A DNA stretch of 63,017 bases, counting the filler, from Thraustochytrium aureum (Eukaryota): NCBI GenBank assembly GCA_012862495.1. It is 4 parts of 3 records of this genome, joined end to end, with 100 filler letters (N's around TTAATTAATTAA, not from the genome) between each part and the next. Parts side by side here need not be neighbours in the genome. Positions count along the whole stretch, not along the records: positions 43,832 to 57,021 come from BLSG01000086.1; 3 more parts are not named here. One strand, 5' to 3'. Within the stretch, counting starts at the first letter, position 1; each line of letters starts with the position of its first letter. Under the pieces are notes generated by a model. That model saw only the letters and a program-made list of their open reading frames with translations, had not been told where the DNA came from and searched no databases. The position numbers and the translations under genes are program-made. Below are positions 44,597 to 55,557 of the stretch, in pieces.

Positions 44597-46097
44597 ATGG
44601 CGGCGGAGCAAGGCAGGGCGAAGCGCAAGGGCCTAGTCGCAGCGGTTGCGATCCTCGCGATTGGCGGGATCGTCGCTGGCGTTGTGGTGAGCCAGGCCGA
44701 CAACAGCAGCGAGGGAAACCTACGCAGCGACAGCGCGGCTGGCGAGTTTGAGCGGGGCGTTGGTATCCCATCGCCGGAAGAATGCTCGTTCCAAGGCGCG
44801 GTCGCGTGCCGCGAGTATGAAGATGAGGAAGCTTGCAAAATACCTCGTGGATGCGACTGGGACAGCAGGGCCCAAAAGTGTCGCGCGAAGGACGACTGCA
44901 TCTGCTATGACACCCCGCCCAAGGGCTGCGGCGTCAACCCGACTCGTGACGATTGCTCGCCTTACCGAGGCTGCACATGGAGTCGCCGCCAGTGCCAGAT
45001 CCACAGCTCGTGCCCGAGCATGCCGACGCTGTCTCCGACGCCATCGCCAGAATATGTGCTCGACGATCTCTGCATTTTCGGAGCACAAGGCCTCTGCTAC
45101 AAGTACCCGCGGCGCATTGACTGCGAGGCGAATCTGGGTTGCGACTGGAACTCTGCAGCCAACAAGTGCCGGGCCCTCGAGCCCTGCCGGTGCCGCGACG
45201 TGCCCCCGGAAGGATGTGAGGTCAGGAAGGTCAAACCCGAGTGCGGCGATCTCAAAGCGTGTGGGTGGAATCCTGATTCAATGACTTGCCAATGGCGCAG
45301 CGACATGTGCGGCGACAGCCCAACTCAGTCTCCGGTTCCTTCTCCGGGAGAGGTTGGTAGCAAGGACAAGTGCGCTTTCGGGCCGAACGGGTACTGTCGT
45401 TCGCATGACGGCGACCGCGCTGCGTGCGAAGCGAACGAGGACTGCATCTGGACTGACGAAAACCAAAACTGCGCCGCGGTCGAGGACTGTTGGTGCGACG
45501 ACATGCCGGAAACAGGGTGCCAAGGGATTCAGAGGAGTGACTCCTGCACGGTCCGCGCCGGCTGCCGGTGGCTTCGGGATGGGTGCGAGCCGCTGGGAAG
45601 ATGCCCTACGCCGACGCCTACGGCCTCCCCTAGCTCAAACCCAAGCCAATCGCCCACCAGCAGCCCCATCGAGATTTCCGTCTTGTGCGCATTTGGGCCG
45701 CAAGAGGACAGCAAGTGCCATTCGAACTCAAACAGAGACGACTGTGAGGGCTACCGCGGATGCCAGTGGATCAATGGCAACCGCTGTATCTCTACCTCTG
45801 ACTGCAAATGCCGCGACGTGCCTGACGAAGGCTGCAGCGCGGCCTCAACACAGGACGACTGCGGCAAATTTCGAGCTTGCGACTGGGTCCGCGCAACTCG
45901 CTCCTGCATTTCCAAGGACGATTGCACGCCCAACCCCACATCGGTGCCCTCATTCTCGCCGACCGCGGCGCCGCTCTCCTCGCCCACCCTGGGGCCATCG
46001 GCAAGCCCGTTGGCTCTGGCGACATTTACTCCATCATCGACCCCAACTGAGTCGCCCACCGCTTCTCCGTCGGAGGGGCCGAGTTCGCCTCCGTCGG
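44597..46097 (+). CDS. Membrane-anchored Cys-rich protein with four 12-Cys modules and S/P/T linkers (3' end in gap)
   Basis: ATG 44597; KRK followed by GLVAAVAILAIGGIVAGVVV. Four ~80-aa modules, each with 12 Cys and two C-x-W motifs, separated by PTxSP linkers. Confidence 0.82.
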
Positions 46098-46618
46098 NNN
46101 NNNNNNNNNNNNNNNNNNNNNNNNNNNNNNNNNNNNNNNNNNNNNNNNNNNNNNNNNNNNNNNNNNNNNNNNNNNNNNNNNNNNNNNNNNNNNNNNNNNN
46201 NNNNNNNNNNNNNNNNNNNNNNNNNNNNNNNNNNNNNNNNNNNNNNNNNNNNNNNNNNNNNNNNNNNNNNNNNNNNNNNNNNNNNNNNNNNNNNNNNNNN
46301 NNNNNNNNNNNNNNNNNNNNNNNNNNNNNNNNNNNNNNNNNNNNNNNNNNNNNNNNNNNNNNNNNNNNNNNNNNNNNNNNNNNNNNNNNNNNNNNNNNNN
46401 NNNNNNNNNNNNNNNNNNNNNNNNNNCGCCCAGCCCGGTGGCCGTGGGCTGGGGCAAGTAGACATTGCAAGCGCTGTGCGCAGCCAGCGCCTCCGCCAAG
46501 GAGTGATGGGAACCAGTTTATTTACAGAAGCCTACATTGGCAGTGGAGAGGCTTGGCTCGGTGGCACGGAGCCCACAAACGTCACAATGCCAACGCCTCC
46601 GGGAATGGAAACGCTGCT

Positions 46619-48201
46619 CTACCCACGGCGGGCCTCGAGGCGCTCGAACCTCAGGCCAGCCTCCCGCAGTGCCCTTAAGAAAACAACCATGTCCCCTTTC
46701 GCAAGCTGCACGCGCATAACCATCTCGCTGTGCGTGGCGTCCCGAGGGAACACGAGGAAGTAGCGCCTGTGGCTCCACCGCCGGGAAACGTGCATTCGGC
46801 ACGGCGTGACACCCCCTGTGCCAAAGTCCATGCCCCACCAATCGAAAGGCGCCCAGCTGTTGAAGAGCGCCGTGTTGGGCGCCGTCACGGTGTCGCTGTA
46901 GATCTTGGTCCACCGAATTCGCCCCACGTACGAGTCGAATTGGCCCTGGCGGAGCCCGGATTCGCTCAGGTAATGCAGCGCGTCGATGGCCTCGGGGTCT
47001 CGCAGCGCGCCGCGGATCTGGTCGTGCACGCATCGCGCCGTCTCCCCGAGCCACTTGTCGTTGTCAACGTGGCCGCACTTCACCGTCACCGGCAGCATGT
47101 GCACCCCATTACCGAAATACTCGGCGCCGCACAGGTCTCCGCGCTCGCGCGTGTTCACCGCGCAGCGGCACATGAGGGCGGGGCTTCCGCGTCCGCTGCT
47201 CTCCCGGCCTGTTCGGCGTCCGTCTTCGCCAAGGCGCGCATCAAGACCGCACACAGGACCTCGTAGGTCGAGACCCCATTCCCCGGGGTCGAGCTCGCTC
47301 GACGTTGACGCTTTGAGCGCGGCCACGTCGCGTTGCTGGACAACGAGGTCGCAAACCTGGTCCACCACAAAGGTCGGCACCGTCTTCACTAGAACCTTGG
47401 CAAACTCACAGTACGAACTGCTTGCATCAGCCGTGTCGTGCGCGGCTACGCGGGCCCCAAGGGTGGCCTCGTCCATGTCATAGTGGCGATCTAGTCGCGG
47501 CGCTGGCGGGAGCGCGGCAGGGAGCCCAGTGCTCGCCCCAGCGACGCTTGCGCAGTAGAATGACCAGGTTTGCAGAAATCTGATCACTGAGGCTGCGTCT
47601 GCGACACAGTGCACGAAGCTGACGCCGAGGACGCAGTGCTCTTCGCTGAGCAGGGTGACCTTGGCGCTGAATAGCGGCCCAAAGTCCAGGAGGGGTTCGT
47701 GGGGGAACAGCAGCGGGGCTTGGTTCGAGGGAAACAGCGACTCGTCCCACAGGGCGACACCGCCGTCGCTGCCGCCGCGCGAGGCTCCTTGCACTATGGC
47801 GCAGACTGCGTTGGCAGCGGCGCGTACGAGATGAGCGAGGCCCTGCCAGCCAGGTTCACAAGCCGAGTTGAAGGCGCCGGTGCGCCGGTCTTCCAGCTCA
47901 AGCAGCGCCCCCGCTCTTGCGCCGCGCCCTGCGGAGCCAAGTCGATGCAAAGCGGAGCACCCGCAACGCCAGCGCTTCTCTTCTTGCGCGCCGACTGAAC
48001 GCGTCCCGCAAGAATCGGAAACCGGTCCAGCGCGAGGGCCAAGGCGCGCTTCAACACCACGTAGTCGAGCGTGCGCCCACGAAACTCGAGCGTGAACGGC
48101 ACGTTGGGCACCGAGGTCCACAGGAAGTCAACGGCGCGGAGCTCCCACGTCCCGTCCCGAGCCGTCGCTGGCCGCACGAGCTCGCTCCTCGCCGGCGCCA
48201 T
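46619..48201 (-). CDS. BAHD-family (HXXXD) acyl-CoA-dependent acyltransferase, frameshifted
   Basis: N-terminal LKRALALALDRFPILAGR, catalytic SFVHCVADAAS (HXXXD), YFGN, and MDFGTG (DFGWG-like). ATG 48201; TAG at 46619. Frameshifts near 47980 and ~47200-47280. Confidence 0.85.
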
Positions 48202-48414
48202 CTCTCTTCTCCACGTGCCCTCGCGAGCGCCGATGGCCTCGGACGCCGCCGCCCAATGGGGTGGGAGCTCTGCGCGCGCGCAGCCAGCCCGGGCCTCGGC
48301 CCTCTCGTCCTCCGCCGCCCGCTCGTCGGCTCTGCCGCGTGCGCGTCCGGGCCGCGTTGAGGGAATGGCCGCGTTGGCAGCGCCATGGAGCCGGGACATT
48401 GGGCAACAAAGGAC

Positions 48415-48441
48415 GGGATGGGATGGGATGGGATGGGATGG
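48415..48441. repeat. (GGGAT)n microsatellite in the divergent BAHD/GDPD intergenic region
   Basis: GGGAT repeated about 5 times. Confidence 0.85.
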
Positions 48442-48654
48442 GTTGGCCGGTGAGGAGGTAGTGCCTGACGTGGCGGGCGACCCGGCGGCCGGGCAGGAGG
48501 GCGGGCGGGCAGACGCGCATCGGCTGGTGGAGTTGATTGGTCGAGCGGACGGACGGCCCGGGAGGCGCGAGCGGGAAGCCAGGGCCGAGCCGCGCGGGCG
48601 TCGGGCGCGGGGCCGAGAGCGGCGGTTTGGTCTGGCCCACGAGGAAGGTGGGCC

Positions 48655-48748
48655 TGGGGTAGTGTTTTGGGGTTGCTGCAGCGCTCGGCGTGCTCGACCT
48701 CTGGGGTAGTGATTTGGTGTTGCTGCAGCGCTCGGCGTGCTGACCCCT
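48655..48748. repeat. ~47-bp imperfect tandem duplication just upstream of the GDPD ATG
   Basis: TGGGGTAGTG(T/A)TTTGG(G/T)GTTGCTGCAGCGCTCGGCGTGCT... occurs twice. Confidence 0.85.
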
Positions 48749-48765
48749 CGGGCGACGCTGGCGAG

Positions 48766-49869
48766 ATGCAGGTCGTGGTTGATGGAGGGCCGCTGGTGCT
48801 GCTGGCGGCGCTCGTCGTCCTCCCGCTGGGCGCGTTCTTGCTGCTGCGGGTTGCGGCGCTTGCGGCGGATAGCGTGAGGGGGAAACCGGGCAACGCCAAG
48901 CGGGTCTTGCGCATGGGCAAAACGTGTCGCACCGCGGCGGGAGGGACACCACCCCGGAGAATACAATGGCGGCCTTCGAAAACTCGGTGCGCCTCGTCGA
49001 CAGCATCGAGCTGGACGTGTGGCTTACGCGGGATAACAAGGTGGTCATCCTGCACGACGGCAAGCTGGAGCGCATGTGCCAGTGGGAAGGTAAGTCTGCC
49101 GCTCTCTAAAGCAGCACCGCGCTGCCCTGGCGCTTACGGAGCGCTCGCGCGAGCAGGGCACGTCAACGACGTCAACTACATGGACCTCCCGGCAGTGGTC
49201 AAGACCCCGTCGGAAGGCTACCTCCAGGGCGCAAGGAACCCCGAACGTGCCCAACAAAGTTCGCATCCCGTTCCTCTCCGACCTTCTCGAGCCGTCTGCA
49301 GGCCCGAGAACAAGCATGTCACGCTGCTGATCGAGTTCAAGCAGCACTCTGAGATACTGGCACAGTCTGTACTTGCCCTCCTCAGCGAGCACGAGCTTCT
49401 CCAGCAAAACCGGGTCGCTTGGTTCTCCCTAAAGTCCGGAATCAACTCGATGCTGGGTCGAGTCGGCCCCGAGGTCCCGCGAGGACCCTCCGTGCTTGGC
49501 ATCGCGATGTATGCAATCATGTTTCGCCTGGGCTTGCTCCCATTGTGCAGGGTTCCCCTGGACGCATTTGCCATCACCTGCGGGACCGTGGACTCTCTCT
49601 CGGATTTCATGACCAAGATCCCAATCGTCAAGTCGCTCCCCGTTCAATTCAAGCTCCTCCTCGCTGGGTGGTACGTGGGCCTTTTGGGCGACCCTGGACT
49701 CTTTGCGGCCATGAAAGAGCGCGGGCTCGAGTGCTGGGTCCTTGGCGTAAACTCCGACGAGGACCTGCTGTTTGCACAGCGCATGGGTGCCGAGTGTGTC
49801 ATAACGGACCGCCCCGAGTGGCTCGCAGCCAAGCTGCACCCTGAGCGCGTGACAGCCCCTTCTTCGTGA
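48766..49869 (+). CDS. Glycerophosphodiester phosphodiesterase (GDPD1/GDE4-like), with N-terminal TM and one intron
   Basis: SHRGG...PENTMAAF, IELDVWLTRD..VVILHD, LLIEFK, C-terminal WVLGVN..G.ECVITDRP. Intron 49090-49156 (GTAAGT...GCAG) restores the frame WE-GHVND. Frameshifts near 48920 and ~49260-49295 (RIPFLSDLL is in the alternate frame). Confidence 0.88.
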   Translation: MQVVVDGGPLVLLAALVVLPLGAFLLLRVAALAADSVRGKPGNAKRVLRMGKTCRTAAGGTPPRRIQWRPSKTRCASSTASSWTCGLRGITRWSSCTTASWSACASGKVSLPLSKAAPRCPGAYGALARAGHVNDVNYMDLPAVVKTPSEGYLQGARNPERAQQSSHPVPLRPSRAVCRPENKHVTLLIEFKQHSEILAQSVLALLSEHELLQQNRVAWFSLKSGINSMLGRVGPEVPRGPSVLGIAMYAIMFRLGLLPLCRVPLDAFAITCGTVDSLSDFMTKIPIVKSLPVQFKLLLAGWYVGLLGDPGLFAAMKERGLECWVLGVNSDEDLLFAQRMGAECVITDRPEWLAAKLHPERVTAPSS

Positions 49870-49890
49870 GGCCTGGCCTGGGGCGTCGAG

Positions 49891-49950
49891 CGCCGGATTG
49901 AACGGGCGCCGGATTGAACGGGCCCGGGGTTGAACGGATTGAACGGGCGC
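49891..49950. repeat. Short tandem repeat (CGCCGGATTGAACGGG and variants) in a convergent intergenic region
   Basis: TTGAACGG core repeated four times. Confidence 0.8.
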
Positions 49951-50150
49951 CTTTGGCCCAAGCAGCGTTTTCGGGAGCTCAGGCTGCGGTCACATTCTCT
50001 ACCGGTGGAGTTTGGGCGAAGGTCTCGCGGCCCCTTCGGAGCCCTCTGAACTGATTGCATACGACGACTCTGAAAGGTAAGGTAGGGTAGGCATTCTCCA
50101 AATTCACTTGGGCGCAGCTTTTGGCGCCGGCGTGGAGCCGAAATTTAAAT

Positions 50151-51245
50151 CTATCCTTGCTCGCCGCTCGGCTTGGCATCACTGCGCGCGCCGTCCGTCT
50201 TGTTGGTGCGTTGGCGTCTCTTCTGGCCATCGCTGGGCTTGAGCCCGAGGTCTGCAGCGGTGGGAACGGCGCTTTCAGTCACCCGCGAGCCTGAGGCGTC
50301 CAAGTCGACTTTGCCCCAGCAAATGATGGAAATGCGGCCTTGGTTGCCCTGGCGGCTCGCGCTCGGATCAAGCGGGACCACACCGTGCTTCCATTCGATG
50401 TTTACATCGCGAGAAAACGCGTATGCGCTGTTGTTGGGCACAGCGAGAAAAGTTCGCTGCCTTGTCCGGGCGTGCTCGAATCCAATCTCGCGTTCTTGGC
50501 CAAAGGAGGCTGCAACGGTAAAGTTCTGGGGCGTGTCGGGCGTGAACGCGGCACGGTCGTGGTGGTACGGTTTCCAGTCGTCCGAGTTGGCCCTGTACCA
50601 GTTGAAACGGGTGGCGTTGACCTTCATGCCAAAGTACTCTTCGATTCGCCGCACGACGTTTTGGAAGGTCGGCGAGGCCGCCTTCCATTTGCCGCCAGCA
50701 AACTTGTCGTTGGCGATCTCGTGGCTGTCGCCGTGCCACAGAGTGAACAGCGCCTCGTCTTGATCTTGCGCGCGGATCTCGCGCAACAGGCTGTCGAAGA
50801 CCTCGGCGCTCTCTTCTGGTCCGAAGAGCTCAGGGACGATTACCACGTCGTGCACCGTGAAAGTTGCGCTTGCGCGCTGCGGCCTGCCACTTAAGATGCG
50901 CACGCGCATGTCGGGTTTTGCGAATGACGGCTCAAAGTCGGTGGTGTTTTTCGGCTTGCGCAGGTTGGGGCGCCCAGCAGCGCGGTTCTGATCACTCCCA
51001 ATCTTCGCGGCCTTTCCGCCGTCGCCGGTCTTCAACGCTGTGTTGGTGCCAGCTTGCTTGTCGTTAACTTTGTTGATGGGCCCGGGCTGGTTTCGCTTTT
51101 CCCCCTGGTTTTCCTTTCGCTGTCCGCGGTTTCGCCGTCTGCGCCCATTCTTGTGTGGGTGTTGCTCGTTTGGCTGCCCTCCAGCGCTGTCGCCGCGGCC
51201 GAGGGCCGCGATGCCAGCAGTGATCTCGTTGACTCCAGTCGCCAT
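50151..51245 (-). CDS. AlkB-like 2-oxoglutarate/Fe(II) dioxygenase with basic disordered N-terminus
   Basis: RFNWY, WKPYHHDR (HxD), VAASFG..R, WKHGV (His), GRISIICWG (Arg). ATG 51245. Confidence 0.85.
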   Translation of the reverse strand: MATGVNEITAGIAALGRGDSAGGQPNEQHPHKNGRRRRNRGQRKENQGEKRNQPGPINKVNDKQAGTNTALKTGDGGKAAKIGSDQNRAAGRPNLRKPKNTTDFEPSFAKPDMRVRILSGRPQRASATFTVHDVVIVPELFGPEESAEVFDSLLREIRAQDQDEALFTLWHGDSHEIANDKFAGGKWKAASPTFQNVVRRIEEYFGMKVNATRFNWYRANSDDWKPYHHDRAAFTPDTPQNFTVAASFGQEREIGFEHARTRQRTFLAVPNNSAYAFSRDVNIEWKHGVVPLDPSASRQGNQGRISIICWGKVDLDASGSRVTESAVPTAADLGLKPSDGQKRRQRTNKTDGARSDAKPSGEQG

Positions 51246-51474
51246 TTCAGCACTTTTGAACGCCACCGCTGGCTGCTTGCGCCTGGGTCTGCTTCAGACT
51301 TTCAGAGTCATCCAGACAGCCCTGCGCGGCAGGAAATTCAAAATGGTTGAAACCTTTGGCTCGAGTTTTTGGCCGAGGACGGCTGATTTGCGCCGTTGCC
51401 GACCGCTCTCGCCGCGTCTACCCAACTAGCTGAAGCGAGAAGAGAACAAGCAGCAGCCGCAGATGGGCCACGAG

Positions 51475-51527
51475 GCGCACGGCAGCGGACGCGCACGGCA
51501 GCGGACGCGCACGGCAGCGGACGCGCA
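51475..51527. repeat. 16-bp tandem repeat x3
   Basis: GCGCACGGCAGCGGAC x3, in the divergent AlkB / LRR-RLP intergenic region. Confidence 0.88.
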
Positions 51528-51993
51528 GCGGCCGTTGAGGCAAACTGAAGACGCGGCTTTTCTTGTTGGCTGGCTCCTCGGCGAAGCCCTGCGCGACTGG
51601 CACGGGCTCCAGCACTTGACCTGCCAGGCTGCCATCCATCTCAACAGCAAGGCGCATCGCTCGAGCGCCCTTGCCAGTGTTGCCACCCTTGCCACACTCG
51701 TTTCGCGCAGGAGTCCAACGCGGGCGCGATTTCATTTTCATGAAAACGGATCTGTTGGGTGCCCAATCGTTTTGGTCGCACATCGCCTCGCAAGCAAGCT
51801 TTGTCCCGGAGGCGCGGGCGCCGCAGGACGCAAGTGCAGATCCAAGCAGCTCGCGACGAAACCTCTACCCGTGNNNNNNNNNNNNNNNNNNNNNNNNNNN
51901 NNNNNNNNNNNNNNNNNNNNNNNNNNNNNNNNNNNNNNNNNNNAGCGTCGGTGGAAAACCGCAGCGCGTCTCGAGCGCCCCACCTTCCCGGGA

Positions 51994-53554
51994 ATGCGCG
52001 GGTTGGCCAAAGTCGCTGCCGTTGCGCTCGGCGCCGCCGTGGTAGGCGCACCAGCGGCGAGCTCTGAGGCCATGGCTACGGCACTGCGTGCAACGGGGCA
52101 CGGCGGAGATACTGTAGATATCACGAGCTTGCAAGCGCTTCGCGAGGCGCTTGGAATGGACGATGACGAAACAGAGCTGCCAGAGAACCTGGGCTCGCTG
52201 ACCCAGCTCACAAGGCTCCGCATCGTCGGAGAGCCACTGAGCGGAACGCTAGCGAAGAGTTTGGGGCAACTCACGCGGCTTCGCTCGCTTGAACTGGAGG
52301 GGACTTGTTGAGTGGCGCGCTGCCCGCAGAGATTGGTAATTTGCGCTCGCTGACGTACCTCGGGATCCACTGGCCGCAAGATGGGTCTGATGGGCTCTCC
52401 AGCACCCTCCCTGTCGAGCTTTTCAACCTCACGGGGCTTCGCGAGCTGTCGCTGTGGGGAAACAGCTTGAGCGGGACCGTTCCCGATGCCATTGGTGCAC
52501 TCACGCGGCTAGAGTCGCTCATTTGCGCCAGAATGCGCTGTCTGGGCCGATGCCGGCGGGTCTGGACCGCTTGACGGCCCTTGGCATCCTCGACTTTGAC
52601 GAGAACCGCCTGTCCGGACCAATTTCGAGCGATTTGTGTTCGATGCAGCAGCTGGCTGAAGTTGGCCTAATGGCGAACATATTGTCGGGTCCGATCCCGC
52701 CCTGTATCGATGGCATGTCCTCGCTTCAGTTTCTGGGGCTCGGGCACAACCGGCTGGACGGCACTCTGCCGCCAGAGCTTGGCCGACTAAGCGCACTTGA
52801 AGCGTTCTTGGCTCCAGGCAACTCTTTCACGGGCACGATCCCCAGCCAGTTGCTCGAGGTTCAGCAGCTGTACAAGCTCGACCTTGGCTCGAATGAACTC
52901 CGCGGCGAGCTTCCGATCGCAGCGATGGGCAAACTCACCAACCTGGTTTGGCTAGGACTCGGCAGAAACCAGTTCAAGGGGACGGTGAGCCCGGAGATTG
53001 CAAAGCTGAGCCGGCTCGAGGCCCTGTACGTGTCCCACAATCAACTAACGGGGGAACTGCCGACAGACGCGCTGGCGCAACTCACGCGCCTCACCGGGTT
53101 CGAAATGCTGGAGGGGAACGACCTGCGCGGCGAGCTGCCGCCTCGGCTGCAGTTTGTCACGTCGCGGCCGTCGCGAAGTCCCTCCAAGCATGTCAGTGTG
53201 AGCAGGCCTCCTACGTCCTTTCCGACAGTCTCCGGCACTCTGGGCCCTTCAGAGTCCCCAACGGGTTCGCCCCAGCTGGCGACAGCTGCCCCTGGGAGCT
53301 CCCAGGACGGGCTCTCGCCTGGTGCAATTGCGGGGATAGTCATCGCTGTGGTTGTTTCTATTTTCATTTGCGGCTTTGGTGCGAGTCGTGCCGTAGCTGC
53401 ACGGGCTAGCGCAGGCAGTGCATACTCTGACCGAGCGCAGGCCGCAGACGAAGCGGTGGTCAAGCCAAACAAGGCTACAGGTGGCGCAGGCGCGCTTGAT
53501 TCGGAAGCGAGCGGGATCGCATCTACTTCGGGCGTGGCTTTGCAAGTTGCCTAG
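51994..53554 (+). CDS. Plant-type LRR receptor-like protein (signal peptide, about 12 LRRs, S/P/T stalk, TM, short tail; frameshifted)
   Basis: MRGLAKVAAVALGAAVVGAPAASS. LxxLxLxxNxLsGxIP repeats (LSLWGNSLSGTVP, LGLGHNRLDGTLP, LDLGSNELRGELP). TM GAIAGIVIAVVVSIFICGFGA. Frameshifts near 52305 and 52520; no kinase domain. Confidence 0.87.
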
Positions 53555-53844
53555 GAGCTCCGCTGACGCAAAAACTGCGGAACGGGGCGCTGCGCTGCAG
53601 CTAAAATTGTAGACCAGACGAAGTGAATGGACGGCTCGGCTCGCCAAGTCCACGCTACGATCACGCAATAGCCCGGCGCGAGCAGGACGCAAGGAGCGCT
53701 CGCCAGCCTGGCCGGCTCGTGTTCCTCGTCGTCCAGCCGTTCGCACGACGCATCACGTTTTCATTCATTTTCAGTTTTCATTTCATTTTCAGCGCGGAGT
53801 GGAGTTGCTCCAGGTGGCAGCCTTGCGGCTTCGTCAAGAGCGGC

Positions 53845-54609
53845 CTACCGCGACTTTTGCTTGGCCGCCAGGGTGTTTCGATGCTGCTCTAGGAGCATCG
53901 CAAAGGTCCCAAACAGGAGCTTGAACCACCAGGTCCAGTTGACGAGCAACAGTGTGGCCACGCTAAAGTAGCCAACATTGTCCAAGCTCGGCTTGAAGAG
54001 CGAATCAGTGCGGTACTCGAACATGATCGTGTAGAAGACGATGCTGAACCAGCAGATGCGCAGCGGGAACAACAAGTTGAGCAGAACGCCGCACGGCTCC
54101 ACGTACTTGCGGAACGCTGCTAGGGGCTCAACCTGAGCAACCTCCAGGAGGCACACGACCGGCGTTGAGAACTCGCTCAGCGTGAGCGCCACACAGTACA
54201 GCGGGGAGTGGCCCAGGAATAGCACCATGGCCAGCCCGACGAGGCAGGCTACGTGGTGAACCACGTAGCGAAAGTCCAGGTCGTTGTACACAAAGCGAAC
54301 CACCAGGTCTTGCACCATGTATGCGAACATGAACGCGCAAATGCGCGCACCAGCGCGCTGGGCTTCGGGGTCCACCGTCTCCCGAGGGTCGTTTGCAAGC
54401 AGCTCGAGCACGCGAGTCGGCGACCCAGCCGCCAGTTCCACCACAAGCCACTCGAACGAAGCCAAAAACATGATCCACGAGTACGCTGCCGCGAAGGCAT
54501 TCGTGCACCTCACCGACTCGCCTGCGCCCGCGCTCGCGTCGACATTCCTGGCCACCACCCCAATCACGGTCACGCTCACCGTCGCCGCTCCGAGCACAGC
54601 CATCGCCAT
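53845..54609 (-). CDS. TLC (TRAM/LAG1/CLN8) domain membrane protein
   Basis: Multiple TM helices; AYMVQD, YVVHHVA, LSEFSTP, FPLRI, LLVNWTWW. C-terminal di-lysine-like KQKSR. ATG 54609. Confidence 0.82.
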   Translation of the reverse strand: MAMAVLGAATVSVTVIGVVARNVDASAGAGESVRCTNAFAAAYSWIMFLASFEWLVVELAAGSPTRVLELLANDPRETVDPEAQRAGARICAFMFAYMVQDLVVRFVYNDLDFRYVVHHVACLVGLAMVLFLGHSPLYCVALTLSEFSTPVVCLLEVAQVEPLAAFRKYVEPCGVLLNLLFPLRICWFSIVFYTIMFEYRTDSLFKPSLDNVGYFSVATLLLVNWTWWFKLLFGTFAMLLEQHRNTLAAKQKSR

Positions 54610-55011
54610 CCTCCCGCGCCCGCGCCCGGCCAGCCGGCCTGTGGTCGCGCGACAGCCACAGATCCCTCGACAGACAAGCAACCAGCCAGACACGCGCGCG
54701 GCTCGACGTGCAGGCACACGGCGTCCGTCCGAACGCAGGTACCGCAGTCGGTCTGCCAGCGAACGAGTCGGACTGTCTGCCAGCCTCTGTCGCAGTGAGA
54801 AGAGGCGAGTCGCGGACTCGAGTTTGCTCGAGCGTCCCACAGCGCGACGCGCCACCCAGCACGAATCTCAGCTCGAATCTCCGATCGCCAGTGCTCCGTT
54901 CTGCTGTGGTTGGTTTGTTGCGTGCCACACCAACTCGCCGGAACGAGAGCACAAGGGCTTCACGAGCTGCTCTTCTCATCCTGAATTTCAAGGAAATGTA
55001 AAGAGCAGTTA

Positions 55012-55310
55012 GGTACCAAAACGAATTTGTTCTCAATAGGTTGTGTACAGGAACACATCCTTTGGTCGCTGTAGGTTGCGGNNNNNNNNNNNNNNNNNNN
55101 NNNNNNNNNNNNNNNNNNNNNNNNNNNNNNNNNNNNNNNNNNNNNNNNNNNNNNNNNNNNNNNNNNNNNNNNNNNNNNNNNNNNNNNNNNNNNNNNNNNN
55201 NNNNNNNNNNNNNNNNNNNNNNNNNNNNNNNNNNNNNNNNNNNNNNNACCGGAACACATCCTTTGTTCTCTGTAGGTTATGGGCCGGAACAAGCCGTTGC
55301 TCGCTGCAGC
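55012..55310. repeat. Degenerate ~35-bp minisatellite spanning an assembly gap
   Basis: GGAACACATCCTTTG(G/T)TC(G/T)CTGTAGGTT on both sides of the gap, with more diverged copies at each end. Confidence 0.7.
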
Positions 55311-55557
55311 TGAACAAGAGTTACTCATCAAGGAAGGAAGAGCAGAGCCCGAACGAACGAGGGCGCGAGCGAGCGAGGGCGCGAGGGACTGCCTGGCAAG
55401 CGGGAGCGCACCGGCTGCGACCGACTGCTTGCTTGGTTTACGGACGCGCGCGAACTGCCTAGTGCCCCTTCGTTCGGTCGGGCGGGCGGGGCTGGCAGGG
55501 GCTGGCTGCGGCGCGGTCGCTCTGGGACGCGGAGGTCGGTGAGCGAGGCGCGGCGGG

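Noticed and set aside
46427..46763. Post-gap continuation of the Cys-rich protein as shown in the ORF track
   Set aside because: Frame across the gap is undefined, and the sequence overlaps or adjoins the 3' end of the opposite-strand BAHD gene.
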